Part shown: positions 8,622 to 19,177 of the stretch, piece after piece
How the letters are laid out: every line of letters begins with the position of its first letter
How positions within the stretch are numbered: position 1 is the first letter of the stretch
Assembly (NCBI GenBank): GCA_035483615.1
Contig: DATHPT010000377.1
Span: forward strand, 1-40,523
Direction: 5' to 3'
Origin: Solirubrobacteraceae bacterium
GTDB taxonomy: Bacteria; Actinomycetota; Thermoleophilia; Solirubrobacterales; Solirubrobacteraceae
DNA: 40,523 nucleotides
Notes under the pieces: generated by a model
The model's database searches: none
Told to the model about the DNA's origin: nothing
What the model saw: only the letters and a program-made list of their open reading frames with translations
Made by a program: the position numbers and the translations under genes

Positions 8622-10876
8622 CTATGCGCTCCCCCGGCTCGTTTGCCCCTCTTTGAGCGCTGTGTCTTCGTGTGGCTTGCGACGCGCAGGAAAGTGACCG
8701 GGACTTCCTGGCTCAACGCCTCGTGACCGGCGGCGGTGAAACTCACTTTCAGGACGCAATAGAGACCCTTCTTCCCATTCACAAGCGTCCGATAGGGGGC
8801 TGCGACGCGCAGCCTCATCTCTAATTCCGAGGGAGCGAGAACGCTTGCAACAGCCTGCGCGACGGTGCGAGTTGGAACCAAGCTGCTATGCAAGTCTTTC
8901 GATTTGACGCGTGGGCGCTTACGCGTCCCACGAGCGACCACCACCTCAGATACCGCTCGAACCCGAGGATGCTCCTTGCGAGGGCTCGAGCTCGAGATGG
9001 TCGGTATCTGGGCATCAGCCCGCACAGACAGCGTTCCGGCCCCAGGTAGCAAGACTCGGAGCAGGACGCTGCCGTCCCGCTCCGCAACGGCGGTGGCGCT
9101 CAACGTCCATAGAGATACGGGCAGCTCAGTCAGGGGAGCGGAACTAGTGGTCTGGACGGCGATCGGTTCAGCAACCTGACTTTCTTTCACCAGGTAGACC
9201 TGGGATACCCCCGGCGTGCCGTCGCCGAAGAAGAGGTTGGAGGCCGATGACTCAAGAGCAAGCGAATCATCGCCCGAGAATGAGATCAGGCCCGGGTTCC
9301 CATTCGGAGGAGAGCCTGAATAGGTGTTCGTGACCCTTTGGAGGATGTCGTGGGACAGATTCACCTCATATGTGTAGGCGAAATTCACTTCTTCGACCGG
9401 CAGATCTGTCGGGGTTGGGGAGGTGAGCGCAAAGACAGTGCGCACCGTGTTGAACGCCACGCGCGAGCCGTCGGGCGAGATAGCGATGTCCTTGACGCCC
9501 GTGTTTCTTATATTTTCCGCCGCAAAGCTCGGGGTGGCCGTCAACGCCGTCACCTGCACAGGTACTGCCTGATCGTCTGAGACATGCACCAAATATGCAT
9601 CTGCGGGGGGTACGGGCGTACCGTTCTTCCTGCTGAGTGGATTAAACAGATAATCTTCTTCGCCTTCCTTGGTGGGCGCATTTGCAATTGTCGCCACAAT
9701 CGTCCCGTTTTCATTCAAAACCGGGGGAACAAACTCATGTTCGGCGTTCGTGGCAAATGCGCCGGCGAGCACGGGACCCGTGTTTTCGATGGCGGTACTC
9801 CCAAAGAAGTAGAAGTTCAATCCTGCTGCGTCCAGCAGGCGCCGGGTGACCGCGGCAGGACCATCGGCTACGCGCCGCCACAGTGGCTCCACCTCCTTAC
9901 CTGGCCCTCCGAGGCTTGCCATTCGTTCCGTGATTTCCGTAGCAGAGGGGACCTGCTCGGGTACGTTCGTGCCCTCCCAAGCAACCGTGCTGCCGTCAGC
10001 GCTGATCGCCGCCGATGAGCCAACCGGCTGATCGCCCGGCGGATAGCTGATGAAGCCAACTCCGGGTTCGGTTGCAAGCGACGGATAGGCACCTCCACCC
10101 TGGGTTGGTTCTCCGGCGGGAGTGGTGCTTACCAGCGTGGTTGTCTGCGTTTCCAGATCCCTCACCGCGACCTGCCGTGCGGGGGTGGCAGGGGCCCCAT
10201 GTTCTCCGGTGGTGAGATTCGATTCGCCGAGTACGGTGAACACCACCTCCTTCCCGTTGGCGGACATCGCCACAGCACTGGCCGCCTGGGAGCCGCCGAT
10301 CTGCAGCTGTGTGGTGGAGGACGGGGTACACGGCGTAACATAGGTAAGACCGACGCTACCTTCATTCACCGCCGATACGAGCGTGTAGGCACCAGGAGCA
10401 CCCGCCGATAACGGTTCGGTAAGAGTGCCCATGTTGCGCACATAAACCTGCGGGCAGCCACTACCAGTGTCATCCTTGGGGTCGAGCACCGCGGAGGTGG
10501 TGAACGCGATGTACTGGCCGTTGGCGCTGATCGAAGGAGCAGTTGCGTCAGGGGCACCTACAGTGCTTTCAGAGATCGAGGACGGAGCTTCAGTCTTCGA
10601 AGCTCCGGCGACCATCACGATCTGTCCGGTCTGCAAGTCACGCCGATAAATTCCGGCCGCGCCAAGCAACGAGCCGCGAAACACCACGTAACGCCCATCG
10701 GCCGAAAAGGCAGGACTGTCGGCCTCTTCGAACTGGAATTGGGCTGTGCCCGACAGGAGCGCAGCCGGAGTGAATGCAGCCCTGGTCACGGCCGGCAATC
10801 CAAGGGCTCCCAGCGAGGACAGAAGCACGCCCCCCACCACCACGCCAACACGCGCAACGCGCGATGGAATCCTCAT
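8618..10876 (-). CDS. Secreted TolB/PD40-like beta-propeller protein with basic C-terminal beta-sandwich
   Basis: Signal peptide; repeats PAFSADGRYVVF, PSISANGQYIAF, AMSANGKEVVF, AISADGSTVAW, AISPDGSRVAF; RDLxT motifs. Confidence 0.85.
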   Translation of the reverse strand: MRIPSRVARVGVVVGGVLLSSLGALGLPAVTRAAFTPAALLSGTAQFQFEEADSPAFSADGRYVVFRGSLLGAAGIYRRDLQTGQIVMVAGASKTEAPSSISESTVGAPDATAPSISANGQYIAFTTSAVLDPKDDTGSGCPQVYVRNMGTLTEPLSAGAPGAYTLVSAVNEGSVGLTYVTPCTPSSTTQLQIGGSQAASAVAMSANGKEVVFTVLGESNLTTGEHGAPATPARQVAVRDLETQTTTLVSTTPAGEPTQGGGAYPSLATEPGVGFISYPPGDQPVGSSAAISADGSTVAWEGTNVPEQVPSATEITERMASLGGPGKEVEPLWRRVADGPAAVTRRLLDAAGLNFYFFGSTAIENTGPVLAGAFATNAEHEFVPPVLNENGTIVATIANAPTKEGEEDYLFNPLSRKNGTPVPPADAYLVHVSDDQAVPVQVTALTATPSFAAENIRNTGVKDIAISPDGSRVAFNTVRTVFALTSPTPTDLPVEEVNFAYTYEVNLSHDILQRVTNTYSGSPPNGNPGLISFSGDDSLALESSASNLFFGDGTPGVSQVYLVKESQVAEPIAVQTTSSAPLTELPVSLWTLSATAVAERDGSVLLRVLLPGAGTLSVRADAQIPTISSSSPRKEHPRVRAVSEVVVARGTRKRPRVKSKDLHSSLVPTRTVAQAVASVLAPSELEMRLRVAAPYRTLVNGKKGLYCVLKVSFTAAGHEALSQEVPVTFLRVASHTKTQRSKRGKRAGGAHR

Positions 10877-12870
10877 CTCACTTTCACCTTCAGATGGTCG
10901 GTGGCGCTATTCCCGACTTTGTCGCGCACTCGCACGGTGATCGTATAGAAACCGGCATGCCTGAAGACGTGGGTGGCCTTTGCATGACCCGATAAGCGCG
11001 TCCCATCCCCAAACGATATTTTCGTTGCCGACACCTTCACGCCGGATGCACGATCACGCACAGCTACAAGCACCCCTTGGTGATGATCGACATATCTCAA
11101 AGTGACGATTGGCGGATTGGCATCCAACTGCAGCTCGTCGGCGACACTCATCGTCTGCTGACCAGCCGCATCACTCGCGAGGATCTGGAGGCGATGCTTA
11201 CCATCCCCCAAGCCAAGCGACCGGAGGTGCGCACTGAGCCCGGTCAGCCCTCGCATGCGTGCCTTGCCATCGATGTACACGGTGTAGGTAACTCCGGCCA
11301 TCGCATCGGGGGCCTCACTCCAGCTGATATTCGCCTTGGTTGGAGATACCCACCCGATCGGGGCGCTTACTTCGAAGGGTGCAGGAGGCGCTTGCACAAA
11401 ATCCCCCACCACCTCTGAGTTTCCCACCGACCCCTGCATCCAGCCGAGCAGGGTGTCGCCCTGGCCGTCGCCTGCCACCGCCAAGCCACTGACAGGACCC
11501 GGTACTGTGCCGGCTCGCTGGCCGACCTGGAAGGCGTTCTTGCCATAGTCCTCGCGAATCGCGACTGCAGCAGACCCGCTCTGGGATGCCGCCCATGCAC
11601 TTGTTCCTCCACCAGCCGGGTTGATCGAGCTGAATGCCTGCAGAGCCGTGCTCTGACCGATCTCAACCGGTGCCCCACCTGTGGTCCTGCTCCCGGAGAG
11701 CTCACGAGCAGAGCCTTCTTGTGTCCAAGCCAGGCGATAGTTGCCCTCTTCGTCGATCGACACACTCGGCAGGCCCAGCGTGGCGCGAACCGCACTGGTC
11801 ACCACCTTTGAGCCCGTCAAGGCATAGCCGTGGGGATCGATCGAGCTCGGCAGTGAATTGACGAACACCTCTGGAGAGCTCACTGCGGAGCCTGGACTTC
11901 CCTGGATGCGGTAAGCGATCCGTGCCTCGCCAAAGGCGTTGACAGAGATCGCCGGGGCATCTGCATCGGTGGAGACCGGACGCCCTTCGATCTGTTCGGG
12001 GCTCGCCTGCAGAACGTTTCCCAGTTCGCTGCCGAACAGACGGCGCACCCAGATGCGCGCCACGCGATCGGCTCCAGGCTCCTGCCAAGCAACCACTCCG
12101 TTCCCGTTGAGGTCGATGCCAATCGACGGAGCATTTTCCACCGTGGGACTCCGCATCGCTATCTGTGGCGCGCGATTGATGGTCTTCGGTTGGCTCCACG
12201 TCAGGTACTTGAAGTGAGCGAAGCGTACGAGCACGAGCTTGTCCGTCGAATTCGGGGGACAAACGGTGCCCGTCGAGGGATCGAGCTGACCGCAATCGTT
12301 GACCGTCACCCGATAAACGATGTCGGCCGCCCCATTCGGGGCCATCGCGAGTCTAGGATCGACGCCCGAGACGTCTCCTGTGAATTTCTCGCCGACTTCG
12401 GGATCGACCATTATCGCCTGACCAAAGCCATTCGTGCCCGGCTGCAAGGACGACGTGATGAGCTCATATTCGGGGATGTCGGAGGGACTCACATTGCGTG
12501 GTTGCACCCACGCAACCAACAGCCGTCCCCCGTCTCCCGCAGCGATCACAGGATCGCTTGCGCCGTAGAGGTCTTCTGTGTCCACCTCGACAGGTGGCTC
12601 CCAGCCGCCATTCGCGAATCGAACGACAAACAGGTGGGTTACGCCATTGAGCTGGGCTCGGTAAAGGACTCCGCCGGTGCCATCCGGAGCAAGCGCGGCG
12701 CCGCTGACTTCCAGTATGTCGTTGGTTGGGCCGGCGAGAACCGCCGCCGGTTGGATCAGGGCCACGCAGCGCCCGGGCATCAGGCAGCCAAGCAAGCCGA
12801 GGGCAAACGTCACAAAAGCTGTCGACCAAAGCCGAGTTGGGTACGAAGTCCAGAACATCGGATAGGTCAA
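10873..12870 (-). CDS. Secreted protein with propeller-like N-terminus, FN3-like domain and C-terminal PKD domain
   Basis: Signal peptide; repeated P.(I/L)A...G...(V/A)W motifs; ISWSEAPD...YTVYIDG; ISFGDG...THVFRHAGFYTITVRVRDKVGN (PKD). Confidence 0.82.
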   Translation of the reverse strand: MTYPMFWTSYPTRLWSTAFVTFALGLLGCLMPGRCVALIQPAAVLAGPTNDILEVSGAALAPDGTGGVLYRAQLNGVTHLFVVRFANGGWEPPVEVDTEDLYGASDPVIAAGDGGRLLVAWVQPRNVSPSDIPEYELITSSLQPGTNGFGQAIMVDPEVGEKFTGDVSGVDPRLAMAPNGAADIVYRVTVNDCGQLDPSTGTVCPPNSTDKLVLVRFAHFKYLTWSQPKTINRAPQIAMRSPTVENAPSIGIDLNGNGVVAWQEPGADRVARIWVRRLFGSELGNVLQASPEQIEGRPVSTDADAPAISVNAFGEARIAYRIQGSPGSAVSSPEVFVNSLPSSIDPHGYALTGSKVVTSAVRATLGLPSVSIDEEGNYRLAWTQEGSARELSGSRTTGGAPVEIGQSTALQAFSSINPAGGGTSAWAASQSGSAAVAIREDYGKNAFQVGQRAGTVPGPVSGLAVAGDGQGDTLLGWMQGSVGNSEVVGDFVQAPPAPFEVSAPIGWVSPTKANISWSEAPDAMAGVTYTVYIDGKARMRGLTGLSAHLRSLGLGDGKHRLQILASDAAGQQTMSVADELQLDANPPIVTLRYVDHHQGVLVAVRDRASGVKVSATKISFGDGTRLSGHAKATHVFRHAGFYTITVRVRDKVGNSATDHLKVKVR

Positions 12871-14861
12871 CCGGTGCTTATCGAGTCGCCGGATTCGCCT
12901 CCCGAGCCACCACCCGAGCCAGAAGCTTCAAGTGGTTTAGCTTGAAACTGGAACTTGGTGGGCCAGTTCTTGACGTCGAGGGTCAATGACAGCTCGTGGC
13001 GCCCAGGGTGCAGCGAGGTGAGTCTCGTGCTGGCGACCACCCTTTTCCCTCGGCGACCGAGCAGCCGGACACGGGCCCGCGCCGTGAGCGTGAAAGACAA
13101 TATGAGCACGCGCTGATGGACGAATCTGCTCTTCACGCGCAGAACAAGTGGTTTGGCCTTCTCCTTGCGTTTTGCGGGCGCAGGCGAATGCTCCAGGGCG
13201 CCTATCGGTGCAGCCTGCTGATTGGCGAGCGAATCGTCCGCCGGAGGAATGTCAGGGTAGATCGGCGGAAGACCGTCGTCGGGCGGGCGGCTGGTGATCA
13301 CTCCGGCAAAAGCAGGGTCTGTGTCCTGTGGGTAGCTGCTGGTTGCATCACTGAAATGAAAGAGCCAGCCCTCGCTGGTCGCCATCCAGCAATCTTCAGA
13401 CGCGGGACACGTTATGGGTCCGGCGGTCCCCCGGAATCCCACCGGTTCTTCAGGGTTTGGTATGGGTTCGATCTTGATCTGTCCGTCGTCTTGCAATAGC
13501 GCAACCGTCGCGCCGCTTACTTCGGGGTCGCGCAAGGACAGCCACGCGCTATCGCTCCCCGGCACCGGAGCGATAGCCCCAGGACCCGGTTCCTCGAAGC
13601 GGGTGGGGCTGCTGTATGAATACGAGCCGGCCAGCAGGCTTTCTCCAAGCGGCGAGGCGCTCGCCTTTCCGTTGCCATCAAGCGGCGGAAGCACCTGCGT
13701 CCACTCACCCTGGTTGTTATGCAGGATGGTCAGGTCTGCCGGAGAGACGCCGGCAGAGGTATCGGCTCCAGCCCACAACTGTGTAGCTCCCGAGCCGAGT
13801 GGCGAACCGTCTGTCGCAAGATCGAATCCCACGAGATCGCCAGGCGCAACGCCTCCTGGATATACCGGAAGATTGAGTTCAGCAGATTCTGAGAACGCGA
13901 CCAGCTTGCAGGAGATATTCGAAGGGTCTTCACAGGGCGCACCGGAATCTTCCGAGGCTATCTCCCGGAACATGGGCGGGCTCAGTGGACCTTCTTCGGG
14001 GAGATACGAATCTTCAGGACCGATGCTCAGGCCCTCGAAGATCTGTCCGCCCCCGAAGCTCGTCATACCGGTGACGACGTGATCGCTCGAGTCATAGACG
14101 CTGGTCAACTGAGCGCCATCCCAATGTAGATGGAACGAACCGACATTGGGCGGTTCTCCAATCGCACCTCCGAACCAGCAGTTGTCAGGTGACGTGCAGG
14201 CAGCAGCGTTCATCTTCAGGTAGGAGTTGAGCTGCCCGAGCGGCTCGGCGTAGGACGCAACAATCTGTCCGTTCACGAAGTGACATAGCGATCGGGTGGT
14301 CAGTTCATTCCCAACTGCGACACCTTCGACGATCTGCCCCGAACGCTGGTCGGATATTGTCCAGAAGTCGTCAGGTCCGGCCCAGGCGATTCGCCCTTTG
14401 CCGCCGCCGCACACTTCGGACAACAGGTGCCAGCTCACACCATCGTAGGCATAGAGCCCAGCCGGCACCGGACCGCCTTCAGATGCGGTTCCCCCCGTAA
14501 TGAGCAGGCCACGGTTTGGCGCCCAGAAGCTGATCTGTCCCACTTCACCAACCGCGACCGGGTAGGGGGCAGCGGCAACTCCCGGTGGAGGTGGAGGCGC
14601 CTCGGCGGGCGCGAACCGCCAGGCAGCGCCAACTTCGGCGCTCGCGTTACCGGCCATACCGACTACAACGACAAGAGCACACCCCAGCGCAGCCAGATCA
14701 AGGGCACCTGGTGGCCTGCAAAAGACCGGTAGCCGGCGAATGAATGAAATTGAACGCCGACTCATAGATACAGTGATCGACATTCTAGATGCCGGATCAT
14801 GCCGCATCAAGCGTCGTAACAAGATGGTTACGCGATTTGCAGCTCCTGGGACGTCATCCAA
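12867..14861 (-). CDS. Secreted Cys/Trp-rich propeller-like protein with basic C-terminal beta-sandwich (true start probably the ATG at 14783 or 14765)
   Basis: Hydrophobic signal ending ASA; VCGG..RIAWAGPDDFW, ACTSPDNCWFGG, FHLHWDG, CWMATSEGWLFH. Paralog of 34206..35909. Confidence 0.82.
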   Translation of the reverse strand: MDDVPGAANRVTILLRRLMRHDPASRMSITVSMSRRSISFIRRLPVFCRPPGALDLAALGCALVVVVGMAGNASAEVGAAWRFAPAEAPPPPPGVAAAPYPVAVGEVGQISFWAPNRGLLITGGTASEGGPVPAGLYAYDGVSWHLLSEVCGGGKGRIAWAGPDDFWTISDQRSGQIVEGVAVGNELTTRSLCHFVNGQIVASYAEPLGQLNSYLKMNAAACTSPDNCWFGGAIGEPPNVGSFHLHWDGAQLTSVYDSSDHVVTGMTSFGGGQIFEGLSIGPEDSYLPEEGPLSPPMFREIASEDSGAPCEDPSNISCKLVAFSESAELNLPVYPGGVAPGDLVGFDLATDGSPLGSGATQLWAGADTSAGVSPADLTILHNNQGEWTQVLPPLDGNGKASASPLGESLLAGSYSYSSPTRFEEPGPGAIAPVPGSDSAWLSLRDPEVSGATVALLQDDGQIKIEPIPNPEEPVGFRGTAGPITCPASEDCWMATSEGWLFHFSDATSSYPQDTDPAFAGVITSRPPDDGLPPIYPDIPPADDSLANQQAAPIGALEHSPAPAKRKEKAKPLVLRVKSRFVHQRVLILSFTLTARARVRLLGRRGKRVVASTRLTSLHPGRHELSLTLDVKNWPTKFQFQAKPLEASGSGGGSGGESGDSISTG
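14816..14831. promoter_or_regulatory. Candidate OmpR-family binding site GTAAC-N6-GTTAC
   Basis: GTAACAAGATGGTTAC: pentamers 11 bp apart and also palindromic; just upstream of the likely start of the four-gene coupled operon. Confidence 0.5.
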
Positions 14862-14932
14862 TTATTGAAATGGTCGCCGGCCGTCCAGTCCTTGAGATGG
14901 TGCCGATTGCGACAAAGTGCCTCGCCTTCGCC

Positions 14933-15745
14933 TTATACCTCGTTGTCCGTGCCTGCGCGCATACCCTGGTTATCCCCAGCCCGTTTCACGGGCTCTCCGA
15001 CAAACCGATACCCAAGGCCCTTATGCGTGTGTATGTATCGCCATCCAGGCGAGACATCTTCTAGCTTTGTCCGAACCTTGCGCACGAAGGTGTCGATCGA
15101 GCGACTGCCACGTACCATCGCATACCCCCATACTTCTGAGTAGAGCCTCTCTCGCTCCACGACGGTGTCCTTCATGCGGGCGAGATACAGGAGCACCTCG
15201 AACTCGCGGCTGGTAAGGCCCGCCGGCCTCCCGTTCGCGAATGCCTCGAACAGGTCAACTCGTACTTCCAGCTCCCCACTGCGCAGCGGTGCCTGGGGAT
15301 CCGGTCGAAGCCCGAGTCTGTGACCGCGGACGATGGCTTGCAGGCGAGCGATCACCTCTTCGGGGTCACAGGGCCTGTCCATCCAGTCATCTGCACCGGC
15401 GCGCAATCCCCGAACTCGCTGGCCAGTGGTGGAGCGAGTCGTGCAAACGAGTACACCGACGTGCGGAAATCGCTCCGACTGACGCGTCAACCAACCTTCC
15501 CAGTCGTTGCCGAAGACGTCGATATCCAGCAGCACTGCATGGGGACGATCGCCGACCGACATCTTGGCGATCGGCGATCGAGGATAGACAATCAAGGTCC
15601 AGTCGAGCTGCTTGCAATGCTCAGAGAACCGCCGCAGGAAGTCGTTGTCTCCATTTATCGTCGCGATCCGCAGGCGTGAGGGCAGCCGCGGAGACGACCA
15701 TCTCGAAACTCGCCTCTGCGACCGCCCTGGCGACGCCGCTGCCAT
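14933..15745 (-). CDS. Orphan OmpR/PhoB-family response regulator with atypical receiver domain
   Basis: VLLDI...GLRAGADDW.RP...EVIARLQAIVR receiver; LTSREFEVLLYLA...VWGY...RSIDTFVRKVRTKL...IHTHKGLGYRF winged helix. No histidine kinase in the window. Confidence 0.92.
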   Translation of the reverse strand: MAAASPGRSQRRVSRWSSPRLPSRLRIATINGDNDFLRRFSEHCKQLDWTLIVYPRSPIAKMSVGDRPHAVLLDIDVFGNDWEGWLTRQSERFPHVGVLVCTTRSTTGQRVRGLRAGADDWMDRPCDPEEVIARLQAIVRGHRLGLRPDPQAPLRSGELEVRVDLFEAFANGRPAGLTSREFEVLLYLARMKDTVVERERLYSEVWGYAMVRGSRSIDTFVRKVRTKLEDVSPGWRYIHTHKGLGYRFVGEPVKRAGDNQGMRAGTDNEV

Positions 15746-15787
15746 GTCTTTCCCGGACCGCGGCTATGAATGACAACTCAACCCCGG

Positions 15788-18700
15788 CTAACCGCGCTTA
15801 CCCTTCTTCCGATGTTTAGCCGGATAGCTCAGAGTAACAGTTCGTTTTTCGACTCCAGCGTGCCCACCCGGATCAGTGGCGGTGATAGTCACCACGACCT
15901 TGAGCGTGTGCTTGGCACGCAGCAGTGAAATTCCCTTGGAGCTCAGCTTGACATCCACCGTCTTACTCTGCCCCCTGGTGAGGCTGAATGACGCCTGCCC
16001 AAGAGAAAGGGGTGAAGCCTTGTGCTTCTTTGACTTGCTGGAAGCCACGGCGGACGCGGTCTTCAACGCAATCGTGCCTGAGCAAGAGCCCTTGGTTTGA
16101 GGGCACGAGACCGTGACTGCCACGGACCCCTGTGCTGTGACCACCGACGCCAGCTTGGCATGCACTTCGGTCGGAGCCGTGTTTTCTGTCGGCGACGGCG
16201 GACCGGTTCCCGCAGGTTTCGTGGGTATAATTTTGGGTTCTGTTTTTACTTCTCCACTTGGAGGGCCGGCTGATTTTTCTGCTTCGGCGACATTGATCGT
16301 CTGGCTGACTTCCACCTTTTTGTGGAATGCATCGGTTATCTTCAGGGTTATCTCGTGATTGCCGGCCGTCAAGAACTTGTGTTGTGTTGTGGCAGAGGCT
16401 TTATTTTCGCCTTCGCCGCCATCGTATTCCCAAGCGTAGTTTGTGATGGAGTCGTGCGCCGGCACGGTCGAAGCGGATGCATCCAACGTCACCGGCTGAC
16501 CCACCTTCGGATCAGCACTGACCGTAAACTTGGCCACTGGCGATTCCGTCGGTTCTACCGTTAGCGTGCGCTGCGTCTCGTATGTGCCGAAATCGTTGAT
16601 CACATTCAGGCTGACCTGATAGACACCAGGCGTCGAGTACGTGCGTTCGGCACTGGTCGATGGCCACATCCATCCAAATCCCTGCCCAGGCGTCGCGGTG
16701 AATTCATTCAACAAGGTCCAGGGCAGATCCACCATCCCGGCGGCGGCTTCTCCTTCAAGGCTCCAGTCGTAAGCCCACGGCGCGCCACCCCGCAGATCCA
16801 ATTCACTGGCGTCGAACTTCAGTTTGGAGCCTGCAGGCACTGTCAGTGGTGCACTACCCTTGCTAGGTTCAGGTTTTGCGGCGCTTTCATTTGTGATGGA
16901 GAAGTCACCACTGGGTTGCGGACACTCCTGCCCATCCGTCAAATCGTTTGGCTTGAACTCGACAACCTGGTCAGCCGAGCCTGCGTCCACTGGGTCTGCC
17001 GGCGTGACCGAGAAGACACCGCCGTGGGCTTTCTCGAGATCTGGCTGTGTCAACGCAAACAGGACACCTTCACGACCTGGAACGAGCGCCGCGAACGATC
17101 CTCTTTCTTCGTCGAAGCGTTCGTCGAAGCCACCCTGCAGATTGCAGGGACCACCAAGTGTGGCGTTGCCGATCATACCCAATGAATCGCCAGCTGCATC
17201 AAATATACGAATACCTAGGCTGGCAGGACTGACCACCGTCCTGACAGTTTCTCCGCCAACTTCAGATTCTTCGCCTATTGCGGCCCTCCAGGAGAACAGA
17301 CCTTCATCTGGTCGCTGAAGATCTTTTTCGGCCGGGTTTGCTATCAACCCTGCATATAGGCCGTCCGGAAACGCACCCGATCCTCCGCCCGAGAGCTGCA
17401 CCACCGTGGGAGCCAGCGTACCCAGCGAAGGGGTGGCACCACTCTCTCCCAGTCGTTGATATTTGGCTTTGGGCAGGTCCTGGAAGAAGCCATCCGCTGC
17501 GGATCGATCAAAGTTGACCGAGTTGTCTTCAACGACGTTTTCCGACGGCAACAGCGGAGTGGTTTCTGTCAGGTCACCACTGACAAGAGCCATGTTTGGC
17601 TCGAACTCTGCCGGCGCCAGTGCGCTCGATCTTGTCGTCACGGGCCCCAGCGAAACGTTCAGCGAGCCATCCGGGTTGGCACTGGCCGCATACAAGGTTC
17701 CCGACTTCTGCCCGATGGCAGTTGCCGCCGTGTCTTCCGTTTTCGCGGCGTCGTGCCACACGACCAGATTTTTATCGAGCGCTCCAGTTTCCGCGCCATG
17801 CGTGACGATGCCCTCTATCGTCGGGGATATCGTGCCGGCGGACGAAACATATTCATTGCCTGCCAGGGCCAGATCCGAGGATTCCCCGGTGCCGTCGATG
17901 GCCAGACTCTCCCCCTCTATGTCGCCGGCCAAGTTCGCAGCCCCAGTCTGGAGATCATGCGCGGCATCGGGTCCTGCCAGCTCTCCCGCTTTGGGATGGC
18001 CTGCGCCTTCCCCTACTTCTTTGTTCAGCGGATCAGGGTTCAGTTTGTCTTCATCCAGTCCAGAGGCCGGTGTAAGAGCCGATTCACCGCTACGGCTTCC
18101 AGTGCCGGTGGTCCATGCATCTATCCGATCGGCCGCGTAGCTACCTTGCACTTCGTTTTCAGCAGTTGGCGGAGCATCCTCGATCAGGACGTAGACACGA
18201 TGCACAGCGCTGTCAACAGCGAGCGACTCGGCATGCAGTCCGGGGTGCGAATTTGAAGATTCAAGGGTGAAGGTGCGAGACGCCAGCACGTGCCCAGAGG
18301 TGTCAAACTTCCGAAGGCGATACTGGAGCTTCAATTTGACAAAGTGATTTTCGAATATTTCAGGCGTATTGATTGCTTGCGGATTGATCAAGTCGAGTAC
18401 ATAGATCGCGTAATCTTCAGGTGCCGACGCGTCTTCCGTGTCGACCGCCATACCGATCGGGTAGACGAACTTTTCCGCCGCCAGCGACCCTTCCGTGGTC
18501 AAGGCGCCATCCGCAGTCGCTGATTCGGTGAACGTTCCATGCGTATCCGGACCTGCTTCTTTGGGGAACCTGCTGGTTTCGCCGTATGGCGGAACCGTCG
18601 AGTTCGCAGCGTCGGCTCTCCCCACGCCCCCGAGCAAGACGAGGACAAGAGCGACCGAGAACAGGGCCAAAGCGACAGGCGCCGGTCGCCTCCAATCGCG

Positions 18701-18793
18701 GAGCGTGGCCTGAGCAAAACGACTAGATGCATTGGTAAAGGCGGAAGTATTCGTCATGGCAGCGAACCTAGCATTCGAAGACTCCCAGGACAC
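15788..18793 (-). CDS. Secreted PKD-domain protein with basic C-terminal beta-sandwich (start may be the ATG at 18757)
   Basis: Signal peptide ending ADA; two PKD-like units (FDAS...YDW...TYSTPGVYQVSLNV; VTLDASAS...YAWEYDGG...HKFLTAGNHEITLKITD); Lys-rich C-terminal domain. Confidence 0.85.
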   Translation of the reverse strand: MSWESSNARFAAMTNTSAFTNASSRFAQATLRDWRRPAPVALALFSVALVLVLLGGVGRADAANSTVPPYGETSRFPKEAGPDTHGTFTESATADGALTTEGSLAAEKFVYPIGMAVDTEDASAPEDYAIYVLDLINPQAINTPEIFENHFVKLKLQYRLRKFDTSGHVLASRTFTLESSNSHPGLHAESLAVDSAVHRVYVLIEDAPPTAENEVQGSYAADRIDAWTTGTGSRSGESALTPASGLDEDKLNPDPLNKEVGEGAGHPKAGELAGPDAAHDLQTGAANLAGDIEGESLAIDGTGESSDLALAGNEYVSSAGTISPTIEGIVTHGAETGALDKNLVVWHDAAKTEDTAATAIGQKSGTLYAASANPDGSLNVSLGPVTTRSSALAPAEFEPNMALVSGDLTETTPLLPSENVVEDNSVNFDRSAADGFFQDLPKAKYQRLGESGATPSLGTLAPTVVQLSGGGSGAFPDGLYAGLIANPAEKDLQRPDEGLFSWRAAIGEESEVGGETVRTVVSPASLGIRIFDAAGDSLGMIGNATLGGPCNLQGGFDERFDEERGSFAALVPGREGVLFALTQPDLEKAHGGVFSVTPADPVDAGSADQVVEFKPNDLTDGQECPQPSGDFSITNESAAKPEPSKGSAPLTVPAGSKLKFDASELDLRGGAPWAYDWSLEGEAAAGMVDLPWTLLNEFTATPGQGFGWMWPSTSAERTYSTPGVYQVSLNVINDFGTYETQRTLTVEPTESPVAKFTVSADPKVGQPVTLDASASTVPAHDSITNYAWEYDGGEGENKASATTQHKFLTAGNHEITLKITDAFHKKVEVSQTINVAEAEKSAGPPSGEVKTEPKIIPTKPAGTGPPSPTENTAPTEVHAKLASVVTAQGSVAVTVSCPQTKGSCSGTIALKTASAVASSKSKKHKASPLSLGQASFSLTRGQSKTVDVKLSSKGISLLRAKHTLKVVVTITATDPGGHAGVEKRTVTLSYPAKHRKKGKRG

Positions 18794-18835
18794 AAAACTT
18801 CACAAGATCGACCAGAAATTTCACGAGATCGTTAC
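18789..18835. promoter_or_regulatory. Candidate OmpR-family direct-repeat site
   Basis: TTCACAAGATC (18799) and TTCACGAGATC-GTTAC (18820/18831) just upstream of the PKD gene. Confidence 0.5.
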
Positions 18836-19052
18836 AGTCCAGCTAGCCGAACGGCTCCCCGCCTGGGCCCCGTTCTGGGTATCGATACACCGGGAATCTA
18901 CCGAACGCCGGGCTTGTTTCGTTGGACTTCTATGCTTTAAGTAGATATCGGCGCGCCCGCGGCGATATGGTCGCCCTGCCGTTCCATCGGCTCGGGCTCG
19001 GTCTTTTGCTTCCGGGAGTCTTTGTTGATTCTTCTGAAGCACCTTAAGCTAG

Positions 19053-19087
19053 CGAGCCCGGACCACCACGACGGGGGCCCGGGCTCG
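19053..19087 (-). terminator. GC-rich hairpin downstream of PstS-like gene
   Basis: CGAGCCCGG (19053-61) pairs with CCGGGCTCG (19079-87); no clear U tract. Confidence 0.45.
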
Positions 19088-19177
19088 ATCAGCACACCGG
19101 TTTCGATGCATACTCGCGCTACTGAATCATCTCAGCCACTCGAGCCGCCGTACTGCCAATGTACCGATAACCACATG

